Position numbers and translations under genes: made by a program. Shown one piece after another: positions 29,227 through 39,904 of a DNA stretch of 64,000 bases (positions are counted from its first letter, which is position 1; each line of letters opens with the position of its first letter). Location of the stretch: NCBI GenBank assembly GCA_037190965.1, contig JBBCKI010000068.1:42739-106738 (forward strand), given 5' to 3'. This DNA comes from Chthoniobacteraceae bacterium. Lineage in GTDB: Bacteria; Verrucomicrobiota; Verrucomicrobiia; Chthoniobacterales; Chthoniobacteraceae. The notes beneath the pieces were generated by a model that ran no database searches, was not told the origin of the DNA, and was given only the letters and a program-made list of their open reading frames with translations.

Positions 29227-31362
29227 CTAGTAATCTCCCGGAGTCTGAACCGAGGGGGCTTCAACGGCGGCGGCCTTCTTCGACTTCTTGTTCGCTCCCG
29301 GGCGGTAATAGTCGTAGTACTGAGTGTAGTACTGATAATTCGTATCCCGCTGGGTGTCCACATTGTTGAGAACCGCGCCGAGCAGGTTGCCCTTGGAGTG
29401 GAGCACAGACTGTTTGACCCGTTTGAGCATCGAGCGAGGGAAGCGGCGGTACTGCACCACCATCAGGGTAACGTCAACAAGGCTGGTAAGAACCGCCGCG
29501 TCGCTCAATCCGAGGATAGGCGGGGAATCAAAGAAAATCAGGTCATAGTGTGGCTTCACCTTGGTGATGAAGTCCGCCATCTGCTGCGAGTTCAGGATGC
29601 CCCTGGAATCGTCGGGGAGTTCTCCACTGGGGATGAACCAGAGATTTTCAACGGCCGTTTTCTGGACGGCGTCCTCAACTCTGATCTGTCCCATCAAAAT
29701 ATCGGAAAGCCCCGATGTCTTCTCGACTCCGAAGTAAAGATGCTGGGAAGAACGGCGCAAATCCGCGTCCACGACGAGGACCTTGTGCCCCGCCCGGGCA
29801 TAGGTGTAGGCAAGATTGTTGATCGTGGTCGACTTTCCTTCGCCCACGCCACCGGAAACCAGGGTGATGGTGTTCCCATTCGGGTCTTTCCGGTTCAAAT
29901 CGAGATTCGTCTGCAGGATGCGATACGCTTCGGCGTCGGGCGAATCGCCCGCCGTCTTGATCAGGGCGCAGATGCCTTTGGGAATGACGCCCAGCACGGA
30001 GACGTTGAGCAGTTTTTCGACGTCTTCGATGGTTTTGACGCTGGTGTCGAGGTACTCGAGGAAGAAGGCGATGCCCAAGCCGATGAACAGACCGCTGCCC
30101 ATCGCGAGCGCCATATACATGAGGACGTCAGGCTTGGCGGGGTAGAGCGAAGGTTCCGCGTGCGCCCAGATCTTGGCCGGGTAAACCGACATGCTCATCT
30201 GCATTCTCTGGGTTTCGAGACGACTTTCCGCCGCTTCCATGACTTGTTTGGACTTCAGCCACTTGCTCTTGGCGTTGGCGTAGCCCACGCTTTGTTTGCG
30301 GTCCTGATTGAAGAGCTCTTTGCTCTGTTGCAGCTTTTCATTCAAAACCTCCAGGGTGCTTTCCGCCACCTTCAGTCGTATCGCCAGCGAAGCGCGAACT
30401 GCTTCGATTTGCTCGGTGAGTTGGTTGGCAAAAACGTCCTTTTGAGCGCGCAGCGCATGAACCCGGGGATGGTTTTCACCCAAGCCGGAGTTGAGCATTC
30501 TCGCTTCTTCAACGATCGAGTCCTGATAGAGCGGAAGGATCTTCGAGACCGTGGCATCCTCAATATTGAGGGTGCGGAGAGCGGTCATCAATTCTTCGGG
30601 CTTGAGCTTGTCGGTCTGTTCCAACTGGGAGCGGAGCTCGGCGATTCGGATTTTGTGCTCGTTGACCTGTCCCTCATACTGGGTAACGGCGGTGCGCGCA
30701 CTGCTCTCGGAGGACTCCAGGTTTTCAGGGTTAAGGTCGACGATTCCTTCTTCGATGCGGATGCGGTGGACCTCGGCCTGGTCGTCATCGACATCCTTGC
30801 GCTTCTTCACCACCTCTTCCTCCAACTGCGCCAAGCCTTGCTTGACCTGGTTCAACTGGTCGGCGCGCCGGCGATCCTGGTAAATCTTGGCGATGGTGTT
30901 GGCGATATCGGCCGCTTCGCGCGGATCGGTGGAAAACACCCCGATATTGATCATGTCGGTGTTGCGCACCTCCTGGGATTTGCCCAGCTTCTTGCGGAGA
31001 ATAAAATAGGCCTGCTCCATCGGGATGCGCTGGCCCGCGGGCGCCCAGGTCTCGGTAAGGCGCAGATTCTCAATGACCGGATAGAGGACTTCCTTACTCT
31101 GGATGATCTGGAACTGGGTGGGAGCCAGGCTCCTTTCTCCGGTCATGCGCAGACCATTGTCGTTGGTGAAGATCTGCATCCCGGTATTGTCCGGTTTGAC
31201 CTCCATGGTGACCGACGAAAAATATTCGCGCGGGAGGAAGTAGCAGGTGACGCCCGCAATGGCCGTCACGAAAAGGAAGGCGATAAGTACGAAAGGCCAG
31301 CGATATTTCAGGACTCGCCAATAATCGAGAAAGTGCAGATTTACTTCGCTGGAATCATTCAT
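29227..31362 (-). CDS. wzc: Polysaccharide co-polymerase/tyrosine autokinase (Wzc-like)
   Basis: Two TMs flanking a coiled coil; EAYRILQTN, GEGKST, DADLRR and DSPP motifs; C-terminal Tyr cluster YQYYTQYYDYY. Confidence 0.93.
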   Translation of the reverse strand: MNDSSEVNLHFLDYWRVLKYRWPFVLIAFLFVTAIAGVTCYFLPREYFSSVTMEVKPDNTGMQIFTNDNGLRMTGERSLAPTQFQIIQSKEVLYPVIENLRLTETWAPAGQRIPMEQAYFILRKKLGKSQEVRNTDMINIGVFSTDPREAADIANTIAKIYQDRRRADQLNQVKQGLAQLEEEVVKKRKDVDDDQAEVHRIRIEEGIVDLNPENLESSESSARTAVTQYEGQVNEHKIRIAELRSQLEQTDKLKPEELMTALRTLNIEDATVSKILPLYQDSIVEEARMLNSGLGENHPRVHALRAQKDVFANQLTEQIEAVRASLAIRLKVAESTLEVLNEKLQQSKELFNQDRKQSVGYANAKSKWLKSKQVMEAAESRLETQRMQMSMSVYPAKIWAHAEPSLYPAKPDVLMYMALAMGSGLFIGLGIAFFLEYLDTSVKTIEDVEKLLNVSVLGVIPKGICALIKTAGDSPDAEAYRILQTNLDLNRKDPNGNTITLVSGGVGEGKSTTINNLAYTYARAGHKVLVVDADLRRSSQHLYFGVEKTSGLSDILMGQIRVEDAVQKTAVENLWFIPSGELPDDSRGILNSQQMADFITKVKPHYDLIFFDSPPILGLSDAAVLTSLVDVTLMVVQYRRFPRSMLKRVKQSVLHSKGNLLGAVLNNVDTQRDTNYQYYTQYYDYYRPGANKKSKKAAAVEAPSVQTPGDY

Positions 31363-31573
31363 TGGGGACAGAGGGTGATGAGCAGATTTCGCTGAACCTA
31401 CGTGTTAGGGCGAACAGCGCAAGTCTAACTTCCTTTGCAATGTTTAGAATAGGTGATGGGACCCCTGGTGAGCGAGCACTCGGAGAGAGCGACTGGTCCT
31501 GGAAGAGGAGGCCATTTCGGCATGGCAGGCGAAGGGTAAATGCCGCCCTCTTGCTTGGTTCTTCAGAGCGTCC

Positions 31574-31670
31574 TAGGGTGTGTTCACTAATTCGCTGAAG
31601 TCGGCTAAGAGCCATTTTTGGGCCAAAAATTGATCTTTTATCCTCATTTCTCAATTCGTGAACACGCCGA
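31574..31670. mobile_element. MITE family B, copy 3 (internally deleted)
   Basis: TAgggtgtgttcactaattcgctgaagtcggctaa...caaaaattgatcttttatcc..tttctcaattcgtgaacacgcc; lacks ~65 bp of the middle. Confidence 0.8.
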
Positions 31671-31750
31671 GGATAGCGGACTCGTAGTAGGCGGCATCAG
31701 AAGACCAGCCTGGAAAGGAATTCGGTTCGAGGCAGCAAAACCGAAGGAGG

Positions 31751-33088
31751 CTAGAAATGATACGTCGCGCCCACGGAAACTTCGTTCCGGATGTAGTCTG
31801 AATTCGAAAAATCCGAGATGTTCTGGGAGCGGTTGTAGTTCCCAAAGATGGTCAGGGAACGGGTCGCGATGAATTCCAGCCGCGCGTTTCCGCTGATGAG
31901 TTGCTGTGTATCGCGGGAGTCGGTCAGCAGCCCCTTGTAAGTTTCATGCGCGTAGCTGACTCCGAGCGATCCATTGAGACGGGGAGTCAAAATCTGGCTG
32001 ATACTCAGGCCGGTACGGAAGGTTTGGTTGCGATTGAAGGGCTGGTTGGCTTCTTCGAATCCGAACCGGGTGGTCCACTGTAAGAGCGAGCCACGGCCAT
32101 AGCGGTAGCCCAGAGCTGATTCGAAATAAGGCGAGGTGGCATCGTCCGCGTTGGACAATTCGAATTGACGGAATGAGACACCTCCACGGAAAGTGCTGGT
32201 CAGGCGGGGAGTCATCAGCCAGTCGAAACCGGCCATCACTGACTCCGTTTTGGAATTACGAATCTCGCCGTCGTAATTAATCTGTGAGAATCGCACTTCC
32301 GCCACCCCGGTAAAGCGGGGGGCAAATAGATAGCGGAACGATTCACCCACGAACCACTCGACGTAGTTTGAATCCTGTGATTCGCTGTCCCTGAAGATCT
32401 GGGTATTAACCCCGAAGGAGGTGTTGGTCGTGAACGTCGGGGTCCAGCGGTAGCTCAGGTCAAACAGACTGGCGAGGTTGAAGTAATCTCCCGAATTGAC
32501 TCTGGGGGTGTTGGGAAGGCTTAGGTTTGGCTGGCTGTAGTACCCGGCGTTAACCCTGGCGTTCAACTGGACGCGAGGTGTGATGCTGTAAGCGAACGCA
32601 GAAGAAAGCGTGCCGACCGGGGAGATCTGGCTGTTTGGCTTATCCCAGTAGTAAAGCGCGCCTGCATTGGCGCCAAACGACAGGAATGCGCGCGGGGTGT
32701 TCAGCAGGAGATTGACGCCCGCGGTGGCCTGTGTGGTTGCGCTTCCTTTTTTCGGGGCGGCGCCATTCTTGCCGGAGCTGGAATAAATATTGTCGTTGTA
32801 GCCGGTCTGGATCGTGAGCGAGAAGTCGACTGGAGGGCGTGCGTAAATCCCTGTGCCTGGGGCGATTGTCTCAGGGAGGTATCCGTAGCCACCCGGGAAG
32901 AAAAAGCTGGGAACTTCCGGTTCGACGGAGGTCTCCGTGGTCGTCGTCTCGACGAAGGTCGAGGACTCCGTTACCGCGCTCCCTTCCGTTGAGGCGGCTG
33001 AAAAAGTGTCGGAGCCTTCCTGTGCGACAAGGGGACTGGCGGCAACAAAAAGCGCCAGGGATGAGCGGGAGAGAAATTTGTGAATCAT
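31751..33088 (-). CDS. EPS-associated outer-membrane beta-barrel protein
   Basis: Signal peptide, GYNDNI motif, alternating beta strands, terminal YHF; upstream of wzc/wza. Confidence 0.85.
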   Translation of the reverse strand: MIHKFLSRSSLALFVAASPLVAQEGSDTFSAASTEGSAVTESSTFVETTTTETSVEPEVPSFFFPGGYGYLPETIAPGTGIYARPPVDFSLTIQTGYNDNIYSSSGKNGAAPKKGSATTQATAGVNLLLNTPRAFLSFGANAGALYYWDKPNSQISPVGTLSSAFAYSITPRVQLNARVNAGYYSQPNLSLPNTPRVNSGDYFNLASLFDLSYRWTPTFTTNTSFGVNTQIFRDSESQDSNYVEWFVGESFRYLFAPRFTGVAEVRFSQINYDGEIRNSKTESVMAGFDWLMTPRLTSTFRGGVSFRQFELSNADDATSPYFESALGYRYGRGSLLQWTTRFGFEEANQPFNRNQTFRTGLSISQILTPRLNGSLGVSYAHETYKGLLTDSRDTQQLISGNARLEFIATRSLTIFGNYNRSQNISDFSNSDYIRNEVSVGATYHF

Positions 33089-33332
33089 GCGAACTGGAAC
33101 TTTGGAAGGCGACTAACGACACCGGTGGCAGCCCTTTTTCTTAGCCAATTGGAGAGGGGTTTGCAAATGATTCTTTCTCTGTAGGTTCTGCGGATTAATG
33201 CGGAGGACTATGGCAGAACGGCAAGGAAGATACGAGGATGATCTGTCGGCCGCGGCCTCTCCCTGTGCGGTTGTTTGAGCAAACCACGTGCCTGGGCTTG
33301 CGGCGCATCCCGTTTTTCTGGTAGCAGCAGAT

Positions 33333-33860
33333 ATGACCGATCCGCTTGCAGCTTTGAGGGCCGCCGTTCGAGACGTTCCGGATTTTCCAAAACAAGGGAT
33401 TCTCTTCAAGGATATCACACCGATCCTGGCCGATGGAGCACTGTTCCGGCGCGCGGTTGACTGTTTTATAGAGGTCAACGCCTCCCGCAAAATCGACAAG
33501 GTCGTAGGCATTGACGCCCGGGGTTTTCTATTTGGGGCTGCGGCGGCCTATGCATTGGGGGTTGGCTTCGTTCCGGTGCGGAAAAAGGGCAAGCTTCCCT
33601 ATCGTGCGGAGTCGGTTTCCTATGCTCTGGAGTATGGCGAATCGAACGTGGAAATCCATGTTGACGCCATCGCCCCCGGGGAAAAGATCGTTTTGATTGA
33701 CGATCTTCTGGCCACGGGAGGAACCGCCGCCGCTGCCGCGGAGTTGATCTCCAAGGTGGGCGGCGAACTGATCGAGGCCCAATTTTTGATCGAACTGGAA
33801 TTTCTCAAGGGGAGATCGCTGTTGGGTGACTTTCCGGTGCGCTCCTTCATCAAGTTTTAG
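33333..33860 (+). CDS. apt: Adenine phosphoribosyltransferase
   Basis: PDFPKQGILFKDITP, RKKGKLP, YALEYG and DDLLATGGT motifs. Confidence 0.97.
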   Translation: MTDPLAALRAAVRDVPDFPKQGILFKDITPILADGALFRRAVDCFIEVNASRKIDKVVGIDARGFLFGAAAAYALGVGFVPVRKKGKLPYRAESVSYALEYGESNVEIHVDAIAPGEKIVLIDDLLATGGTAAAAAELISKVGGELIEAQFLIELEFLKGRSLLGDFPVRSFIKF

Positions 33861-33922
33861 AACCATCTGCAGGTTCGGCCCGCCCTCGCGAGAGGAGGCG
33901 GATCCATGCGGAGAAGGGTATC

Positions 33923-36643
33923 ATGACTTCCGGCAATTCCATATCGGCTCGATTCCTTCGACTCCGTCTCTGGTTGCTCGATGCGCCCGGTTTTCGCGCC
34001 CGGTTGCTGGGGGTGTTCCTGCTCGGGGTCGTCTCCATTCTCGCGCTTGTCGTGATTTTCGTGATGGCGGCGGTCCAGTTTTATCACGCCAGTGCGGCCA
34101 GCGATCTCGGTTTCGACCGCATGGAACTCCTGAGGACGACGGCCTATTTGCTGGCCGGGTTGGTTGCCCTGGGCGGTTTGGGCTTCTCCGTGTGGCTCCT
34201 GTTCAAGCTGCACGAGGAACATGCCTCCCGCATGGAAAGGGACACGATCTTCGCACGGTCCATCATCGAGGCCAGTCCCGACGCGATCCTGACTGTTGAC
34301 GTCAACGGAGCCATCCAGTCGTGCAACCCCGCCACGGAGGTGATGTTCGGTTACGAACCGGGGCGGCTGATCGGGCAGAAGATCGCCAAGCTGATCCCCC
34401 AGCGCAATTTCCTGAATGACGTGGCGACGCTCGGGCGGGGAGCCTTCATGGCGTTCGGGCAGCGTCAGAACTTCATCACCTTTCCGGTGGAAGTGGCCGT
34501 CTCCGAGGCCGCCAACCTGGGGCAGCGGCTCTTCATCGTCCTGATCCATGACGCCTCAGAGCGCCGCCACTCCCAGGAGACGGTTCACCATATCTCACTG
34601 AGTGTTTCATCGATGACCGGCGAGGAGTTCGTTCGTACCCTTCTCCAGCAGCTTTCCCAGATCCTTCAGAACGACTTCGCGTTTGTGCTGGAGACCGACA
34701 ATCGCCCCGGCACCGGGATTTGCTCCCTGATGGTGGCCGAGCGCGGGCGCATTCGGAGCAAGAGCGACCATAACCTCGCCGGGACGGCCTTCGCGGAGGC
34801 GCTGGCCAATGGCTTTGCTGCCTATCCCCGCGCGGTCCGGGACTCCTTTCCGCACGACGGGATTCTCCATTCGCTCGACGCCGAGAGCTTCATCGGCACG
34901 CCGCTTTGCGATTCGGGTGGTGGCACCGTCGGGTTGATCGGGGTCATCAGCCGCGCGCCGATGGAGAGCGTGGGGGTCGCCAAGCAGACACTCCAGATCT
35001 TCGCGACCCGAGCCGCCGCCGAAATCGCCCGCAAGCAGGAGGCGGAAGTGCTCGCCTCGGAAAAGGAGCGCCTGCACGGGGATTACACCGTCATGCGCGA
35101 TACGGCGGAGCGGGAGCGCAAGCGGTACGAGGAAGATATCGCGGCGGAGCAGGAGATGCTGGCGGTGACGCTCCGCTCCATCCGGGAGGGATGCATCACC
35201 ACCGACAACGATGGCCTCATCATGATGCTTAACCCGATGGCCGAGGATCTTACCGGCTGGACCCAGCCGGAAGCCGCCGATCGCCGCCTTGGGGAGGTTC
35301 TCAAGCTGCTGGCGCGACGAAACCGCAGGGCGCTGGACGCCGACGATCTGCCCGACCGCCCCGAGCAACTCGGCGCTCCGATGATCCTGGTCTCGCGCGA
35401 AGGCGTCGAGCGGGTCATCGAAATCAGCGCCGCCCCGATCCGGGACCGGCAGGAACGGAAGCTCGGAACCGTTCTCGTCTTTCGGGACGTCACGGAAAAA
35501 AGCCGCGTGGAAGAGGAACGGCAGAAGGCGGAAAAGCTCGAATCACTCGGGCTTGCGGCCGGGGGGATCGCGCACGACTTCAACAACCTGCTCACCGCCA
35601 TCATCGGCAATCTCTCGCTGGCGCTCGCGCAAGCCACCGACAGCACGCGCGAGCGGGTGGAGGCTTCGAAGAAAGCGAGCCTGCGGGCTCAGGATCTTGC
35701 CCAGCAACTGCTGACCTTTGCCAAAGGGGGCGCGCCGATCAAGAAGACCGCCTCGATGCGCCAACTCGTGCTCGATACGGTCGGCTTCTCTCTCAGCGGC
35801 ACCAATATCCGGTCGGATTTTTCCATCCCGGAGGATCTATGGCCGGTCGATATCGACGCCGGGCAGATCAGCCAGGTGATCAGCAACCTCGCCGTGAACG
35901 CCGTCCAGGCGATGGCGCGGGGCGGCACCTTCCATGTTTGCGGCGAGAATCTCGACGTGAAAGAGCAGGACGCGCCCCCCACGCTCAGACCGGGCCGCTA
36001 TGTTCGCATTTGCGTGCGGGACGAAGGCCCCGGCATCCCCGACGAGATCCAGAAGAAGATCTTCGACCCGTATTTCACCACGAAGCCCAAGGGGAGCGGG
36101 TTGGGGCTGGCGACTTCCTATTCCATCGTCAAGAACCACGACGGGTTGATCCAACTGGAGTCGAACCCCGCGGTCGGCGGGGCCAAGTTCATCGTCTATC
36201 TGCCCGCCTCCGAGGCAGAGATCATCCCGGAGGAAGCGCCCGCCATCGCGAGCGTCGCCCGCGAAGGGAATATCCTCGTGCTCGACGACGAGGAGGTCAT
36301 CTGCGAACTGGTCTCCTACGCGTTGACGCCCCTCGGCTATACCGTCGCGCAGGCTTACGATGCCGACACCGCGCTCCGGATGTACCAGGAAGCGCTCGCA
36401 CAAGGGAAACCGTTCGACGTGGTCATCATGGACCTCACCATCCCCGGCGGCATGGGCGGCAAGGAGGCGATCGTCAAGCTCCGGGAGATCGACCCGAAGG
36501 CGAAAGCCATCGTCTCCAGCGGCTACGCCATGGACCCGATCATGAGCAAGTTCCGCGACTACGGTTTCTCCGGGGTCATCGCAAAGCCCTACGACATCAA
36601 TGAGCTGGAGCTGGTCGTCGGAGGGCTGATCGCGGAGGAATAA
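33923..36643 (+). CDS. Hybrid sensor histidine kinase (2TM-PAS-GAF-PAS-HisKA-HATPase-REC)
   Basis: AGGIAHDFNNLL, NLAVNA, D.GPGI and FTTK..GSGLGL motifs; receiver domain VLDDE...MDLTIP...KPY. Confidence 0.95.
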   Translation: MTSGNSISARFLRLRLWLLDAPGFRARLLGVFLLGVVSILALVVIFVMAAVQFYHASAASDLGFDRMELLRTTAYLLAGLVALGGLGFSVWLLFKLHEEHASRMERDTIFARSIIEASPDAILTVDVNGAIQSCNPATEVMFGYEPGRLIGQKIAKLIPQRNFLNDVATLGRGAFMAFGQRQNFITFPVEVAVSEAANLGQRLFIVLIHDASERRHSQETVHHISLSVSSMTGEEFVRTLLQQLSQILQNDFAFVLETDNRPGTGICSLMVAERGRIRSKSDHNLAGTAFAEALANGFAAYPRAVRDSFPHDGILHSLDAESFIGTPLCDSGGGTVGLIGVISRAPMESVGVAKQTLQIFATRAAAEIARKQEAEVLASEKERLHGDYTVMRDTAERERKRYEEDIAAEQEMLAVTLRSIREGCITTDNDGLIMMLNPMAEDLTGWTQPEAADRRLGEVLKLLARRNRRALDADDLPDRPEQLGAPMILVSREGVERVIEISAAPIRDRQERKLGTVLVFRDVTEKSRVEEERQKAEKLESLGLAAGGIAHDFNNLLTAIIGNLSLALAQATDSTRERVEASKKASLRAQDLAQQLLTFAKGGAPIKKTASMRQLVLDTVGFSLSGTNIRSDFSIPEDLWPVDIDAGQISQVISNLAVNAVQAMARGGTFHVCGENLDVKEQDAPPTLRPGRYVRICVRDEGPGIPDEIQKKIFDPYFTTKPKGSGLGLATSYSIVKNHDGLIQLESNPAVGGAKFIVYLPASEAEIIPEEAPAIASVAREGNILVLDDEEVICELVSYALTPLGYTVAQAYDADTALRMYQEALAQGKPFDVVIMDLTIPGGMGGKEAIVKLREIDPKAKAIVSSGYAMDPIMSKFRDYGFSGVIAKPYDINELELVVGGLIAEE

Positions 36644-36668
36644 GCGATCGATTTGGAAGGACCCGCGA

Positions 36669-36814
36669 GGTAGTCCGCGGGATCGGTGAAGAGTCGCGTT
36701 GGGGGCTCCATCCCCGCAGGACGGGCTGCTGGTGCTGAGATGTGGCTCTCACGAAGCCAAGGAGTTCGATACCCGCGCTCGACGGCGCGAGCGTGCTACC
36801 GGTGCTGCCGCATC
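36669..36814 (+). repeat. REPIN-like element family F, copy 3 (left arm partly deleted)
   Basis: ggtagtccgc|gggat...catccccgcaggacggg...cccgcgctcgacggcgcgagcgtgctacc-ggtgctgccgcatc. Confidence 0.85.
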
Positions 36815-36832
36815 ATCGCCTCCAGAGGACGA

Positions 36833-38005
36833 CTAGGGTTGCTCCGGTTTCTCCTCGGCTGCGGGAGTCTCCTTCGTTTCCAGAAGATCGGCGCGCGGTT
36901 TGAAGAGCGGTTCAAAGGCGGACTTCGAGACCAGATAGACGCGGGCTTCGAGCGTCTTTTCCTTCGCCAGCTTTTCCTCCTGCTCCTTGAGCTGCGCCGC
37001 AAACTCCGCGTCGAGCTTCTCTTTATCTTCCGGCTTTTCTTCCGGGCCGGGGGAGCGCTCCTTTTTCAGGTTCGCCGTGATGGCAATCTGAACCGGCAGG
37101 TTTTCGCCCTCGGCCTTGCCGAAAGCAAACCTATAGACAACTCCGTCGAAGGTTTCCACGGCAACAGTCTGGCTGCTTTCCACCTTGGTTTCCGGCGGAA
37201 GCACGTCGTGGAAGCCTGGTGCGCCGAGGATGGACGTGAAGTTTGGCACCTTGGCGTTGTCCAGCTTCTCTTCGGGTTTAGCTCCGTCGAGTTGCCACTC
37301 CGTCGCCATCTCGCTCTCGCGGGTTAGCTTCCAGCCGGCAGGGCTCCCTGCAATCACTGAACGGACTTTGGCAATCCGGATGAAGTCCTTTTTAAGCCAT
37401 TTCTCGGGCTTGGCCTCGGCTGACTCGAGCGTTTCCGAAACCAGCGACACCTTGCCGCCCTGTGCGGTGACCGGCATGACATAGCGTCCCGCCGGGTAGC
37501 CTTCCATGTCGGGGAGATGCGGCGATTTTTTGAGGAAACGCTTCCCGATCAACAGCGCGGCAAGAGGGTTTCCCTCTCCGTTTTTCAACTCCACGAGGGT
37601 ACCGGCGCGCGAAGCTTCCGCTCCCTCGGTTTTCTTTTCCCCCGGCGCGACGAGATCGAGCCGCGCGAGTTGCGAGGGCCCTGCTTTCACCTCCTGCGTA
37701 GGCTTAAGTTCCCATAACCCCCGGATCAATTCCTTGATTCGGTTGAAGTCGGCGGGGTAATCGCCGCGATCTTCCACCACCCAGAGGTCGCCTTTTTTAA
37801 CGAGGCCGAGCGTGCCGTTCTCTTCCTTGATCGTGACGCGGTTGACCGCGTTGAGATCGAAAGTACCCAGAACGGTATTGCCCGCGGAGCCCGAAAAGGA
37901 CGTGCTGCCATTCCAACTGGCGGCGTTGCGGCGGTAGGCGGCAAGGCCCACTCCTCCGACCACGAGGCCGAGAACAAGAAGAAGTCTGAACTGCTTACGA
38001 TTCAT
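36833..38005 (-). CDS. DUF4340 domain protein
   Basis: N-terminal TM, W.V....DYPAD and L.IGK motifs; typical position after gldG. Confidence 0.8.
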   Translation of the reverse strand: MNRKQFRLLLVLGLVVGGVGLAAYRRNAASWNGSTSFSGSAGNTVLGTFDLNAVNRVTIKEENGTLGLVKKGDLWVVEDRGDYPADFNRIKELIRGLWELKPTQEVKAGPSQLARLDLVAPGEKKTEGAEASRAGTLVELKNGEGNPLAALLIGKRFLKKSPHLPDMEGYPAGRYVMPVTAQGGKVSLVSETLESAEAKPEKWLKKDFIRIAKVRSVIAGSPAGWKLTRESEMATEWQLDGAKPEEKLDNAKVPNFTSILGAPGFHDVLPPETKVESSQTVAVETFDGVVYRFAFGKAEGENLPVQIAITANLKKERSPGPEEKPEDKEKLDAEFAAQLKEQEEKLAKEKTLEARVYLVSKSAFEPLFKPRADLLETKETPAAEEKPEQP

Positions 38006-38008
38006 CGT

Positions 38009-39886
38009 TTATTTTGCCGAGGTGCGTTTCCGTTGATAAAGGCCGAGCCCGATGCCGTAGAGAGTCACGGCCAAAGGCATCGCCGCGATATTGATCCACT
38101 TCACGCGGGTTTCCAGCGCGTCGGTGTCCGAGCGAAGGTTGCGCCGGACTTCCTTGAGTTGTTTTCTGACTTCAGCCTCCGTTTTGCGAAACTTGGCGAT
38201 CTCCGCCTGCTGTTCCGCCGTGAGAATGAAACGCTGCCCGTTTCCTTCCTGGCTCTGCTGGATCTCGCCAAGCTTGCGTTGCGTTTCCGATAGGCTCATT
38301 TCCAACTCACCGATCTTGCTCTGGTAGGCCGCTCCCGCTCGCGCTTCCATCTTCTGCACCGCCGTGAAGGGCCGTTCCCGCGAGGCGCGGCTGCGGACGG
38401 CGATGAGATCGTTGTCGCCGCTCAATTGTTCCACCGCCGCCTGGGCAAACGCGAGATTCCCGTTGGCGGGCAGCAGCATCCGGCTGCCGGTGAACGGGTT
38501 CTGCTGTTCGATGACCGCCACCGGGTCCTGAATCATATCCGAGTCGCCGATCAGAATGACGCTGCTTTCCTGGGTCGATTCCTTCAGCCCCGGCTCTGAG
38601 GCCGGTTGGTCCGGTTTCTCATCGGTCCTTTCTGCATTCGCGGGAGCCTTCGGCTTGCCATCGGGGAAGGCGGTCTTGAACTTTCCGGTCAGCCGGATGG
38701 CCAGCGGGAATTCTTTGTCGGCGGGCTGGAGGCTGCGGAGGACTTCCTCGGGCGACGTCTGCGCCAGCATCGGCTCGGCCAACTCCGCGTTCCTGGAGGA
38801 ACGGAGTAATACCGTTTCTTTCAACCCTTCCACGGGCGTGCCGCTGAACGCACCCGCGTAGACGAGGAAAAGGTTATTCGCCCCCGCCGTCAGGATGTCC
38901 TCGCGGGAAAGCGCCTCGCCGTTGAGCGACAGGATACCGGGGGCGCGGCCCCGGGCGGTGCGCGCAAGGTACTCGGCGTCGACCACCGTTTTGGAAGTTT
39001 CGAAGCTCTTGCCCCACGCCGGGAGCAGTTTCTCCAGATTGGAGCCGCCCCCGCCCCTCATCCCGGGGGATTGTTGGTCGAGCACCGCGCTCGGGTCGAG
39101 GAAGGCGATGAGCTTGCCGCCCCGCAGGACAAACTGATCGATGGCATATTGGGTCTCTTCGCCGATCCCGCGAGGGTGGATCAGCACCAGCACCTTGATT
39201 TCATCGGGAATCTTGTCCGCCGTCAGCGGGACCTCCTGAATCTCGAAGTCGCGCTTGAGCTCCCGGTAGATCGTCCATGGCTCCTGGCCGCTGCGCTGCC
39301 CCATTTGCATCAGCATCGGGTTCATCGGCGCGCCTGCCATCGGGAGCGGGGTCATCAAGCCGACCACCGGCTTCTTTGCGTTGGCCACACGCGTGATCGC
39401 GCGGGAGAGGTCATACTCCAAAAGACGTTCGCGGCCGGGATCCAGGAAGGAGATCGCCTCTTTTTGGTCGAGGAGGCTGATGCTGAGCCCGAGATAAAGC
39501 CGGTCGCCGTTGGAAAGCGGTTCGCCCTCGATGCCGTCAAGTTTTGCGGAGTCTTCCGCATCCGAGTCCGGCTCCGGGTTGAGCTTCTGGATCTCCACGA
39601 GCCCTCGGGAAGCCTGCCGGTATTCATCGAGCAAATCCTCCACCTGCTGAGCATAGAGCTTGAGCTGGGGAGGCATGGTTTCATTGCGGGTGCAGTAGAA
39701 CCGGATCTGCACCGGCGTATCGAGCCGGGATAGGATCGAGCGAGTCCCGTCGGAAAGCGTGTAGGCTTTCTCTTCGGTAAGATCGATGCGTTTGGGAACC
39801 CGCCCCGCCAGATAGTTGGCGGCGACGAGGGTAAGAAAGACGGCGGCAACCCCCACCGCCGAGGTGAAAATGGGTGATTTCTTCAT
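38009..39886 (-). CDS. GldG-like ABC auxiliary component
   Basis: RIDLTEEKAYTLS, LEYDLSRAI, DQFVLRGG and GDSD motifs. Confidence 0.9.
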   Translation of the reverse strand: MKKSPIFTSAVGVAAVFLTLVAANYLAGRVPKRIDLTEEKAYTLSDGTRSILSRLDTPVQIRFYCTRNETMPPQLKLYAQQVEDLLDEYRQASRGLVEIQKLNPEPDSDAEDSAKLDGIEGEPLSNGDRLYLGLSISLLDQKEAISFLDPGRERLLEYDLSRAITRVANAKKPVVGLMTPLPMAGAPMNPMLMQMGQRSGQEPWTIYRELKRDFEIQEVPLTADKIPDEIKVLVLIHPRGIGEETQYAIDQFVLRGGKLIAFLDPSAVLDQQSPGMRGGGGSNLEKLLPAWGKSFETSKTVVDAEYLARTARGRAPGILSLNGEALSREDILTAGANNLFLVYAGAFSGTPVEGLKETVLLRSSRNAELAEPMLAQTSPEEVLRSLQPADKEFPLAIRLTGKFKTAFPDGKPKAPANAERTDEKPDQPASEPGLKESTQESSVILIGDSDMIQDPVAVIEQQNPFTGSRMLLPANGNLAFAQAAVEQLSGDNDLIAVRSRASRERPFTAVQKMEARAGAAYQSKIGELEMSLSETQRKLGEIQQSQEGNGQRFILTAEQQAEIAKFRKTEAEVRKQLKEVRRNLRSDTDALETRVKWINIAAMPLAVTLYGIGLGLYQRKRTSAK

Positions 39887-39904
39887 GGCGAAGGAAAAGA
39901 AACG

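Noticed and set aside
29149..31395. Long antisense ORFs (748 aa here; also 3836-5383, 25707-27614, 14757-15974, 6596-7687)
   Set aside because: These are shadow frames opposite clearly recognisable genes in GC-rich DNA and carry no motifs.
31363..31573. Additional MITE or small ORF between the barrel gene and wzc
   Set aside because: Only a 7-bp imperfect end match and no credible coding signal.
33150..33166. Sigma-54-like GG-N10-GC upstream of apt
   Set aside because: It lacks the CAC core of the -24 box and lies far from the start codon; likely chance.
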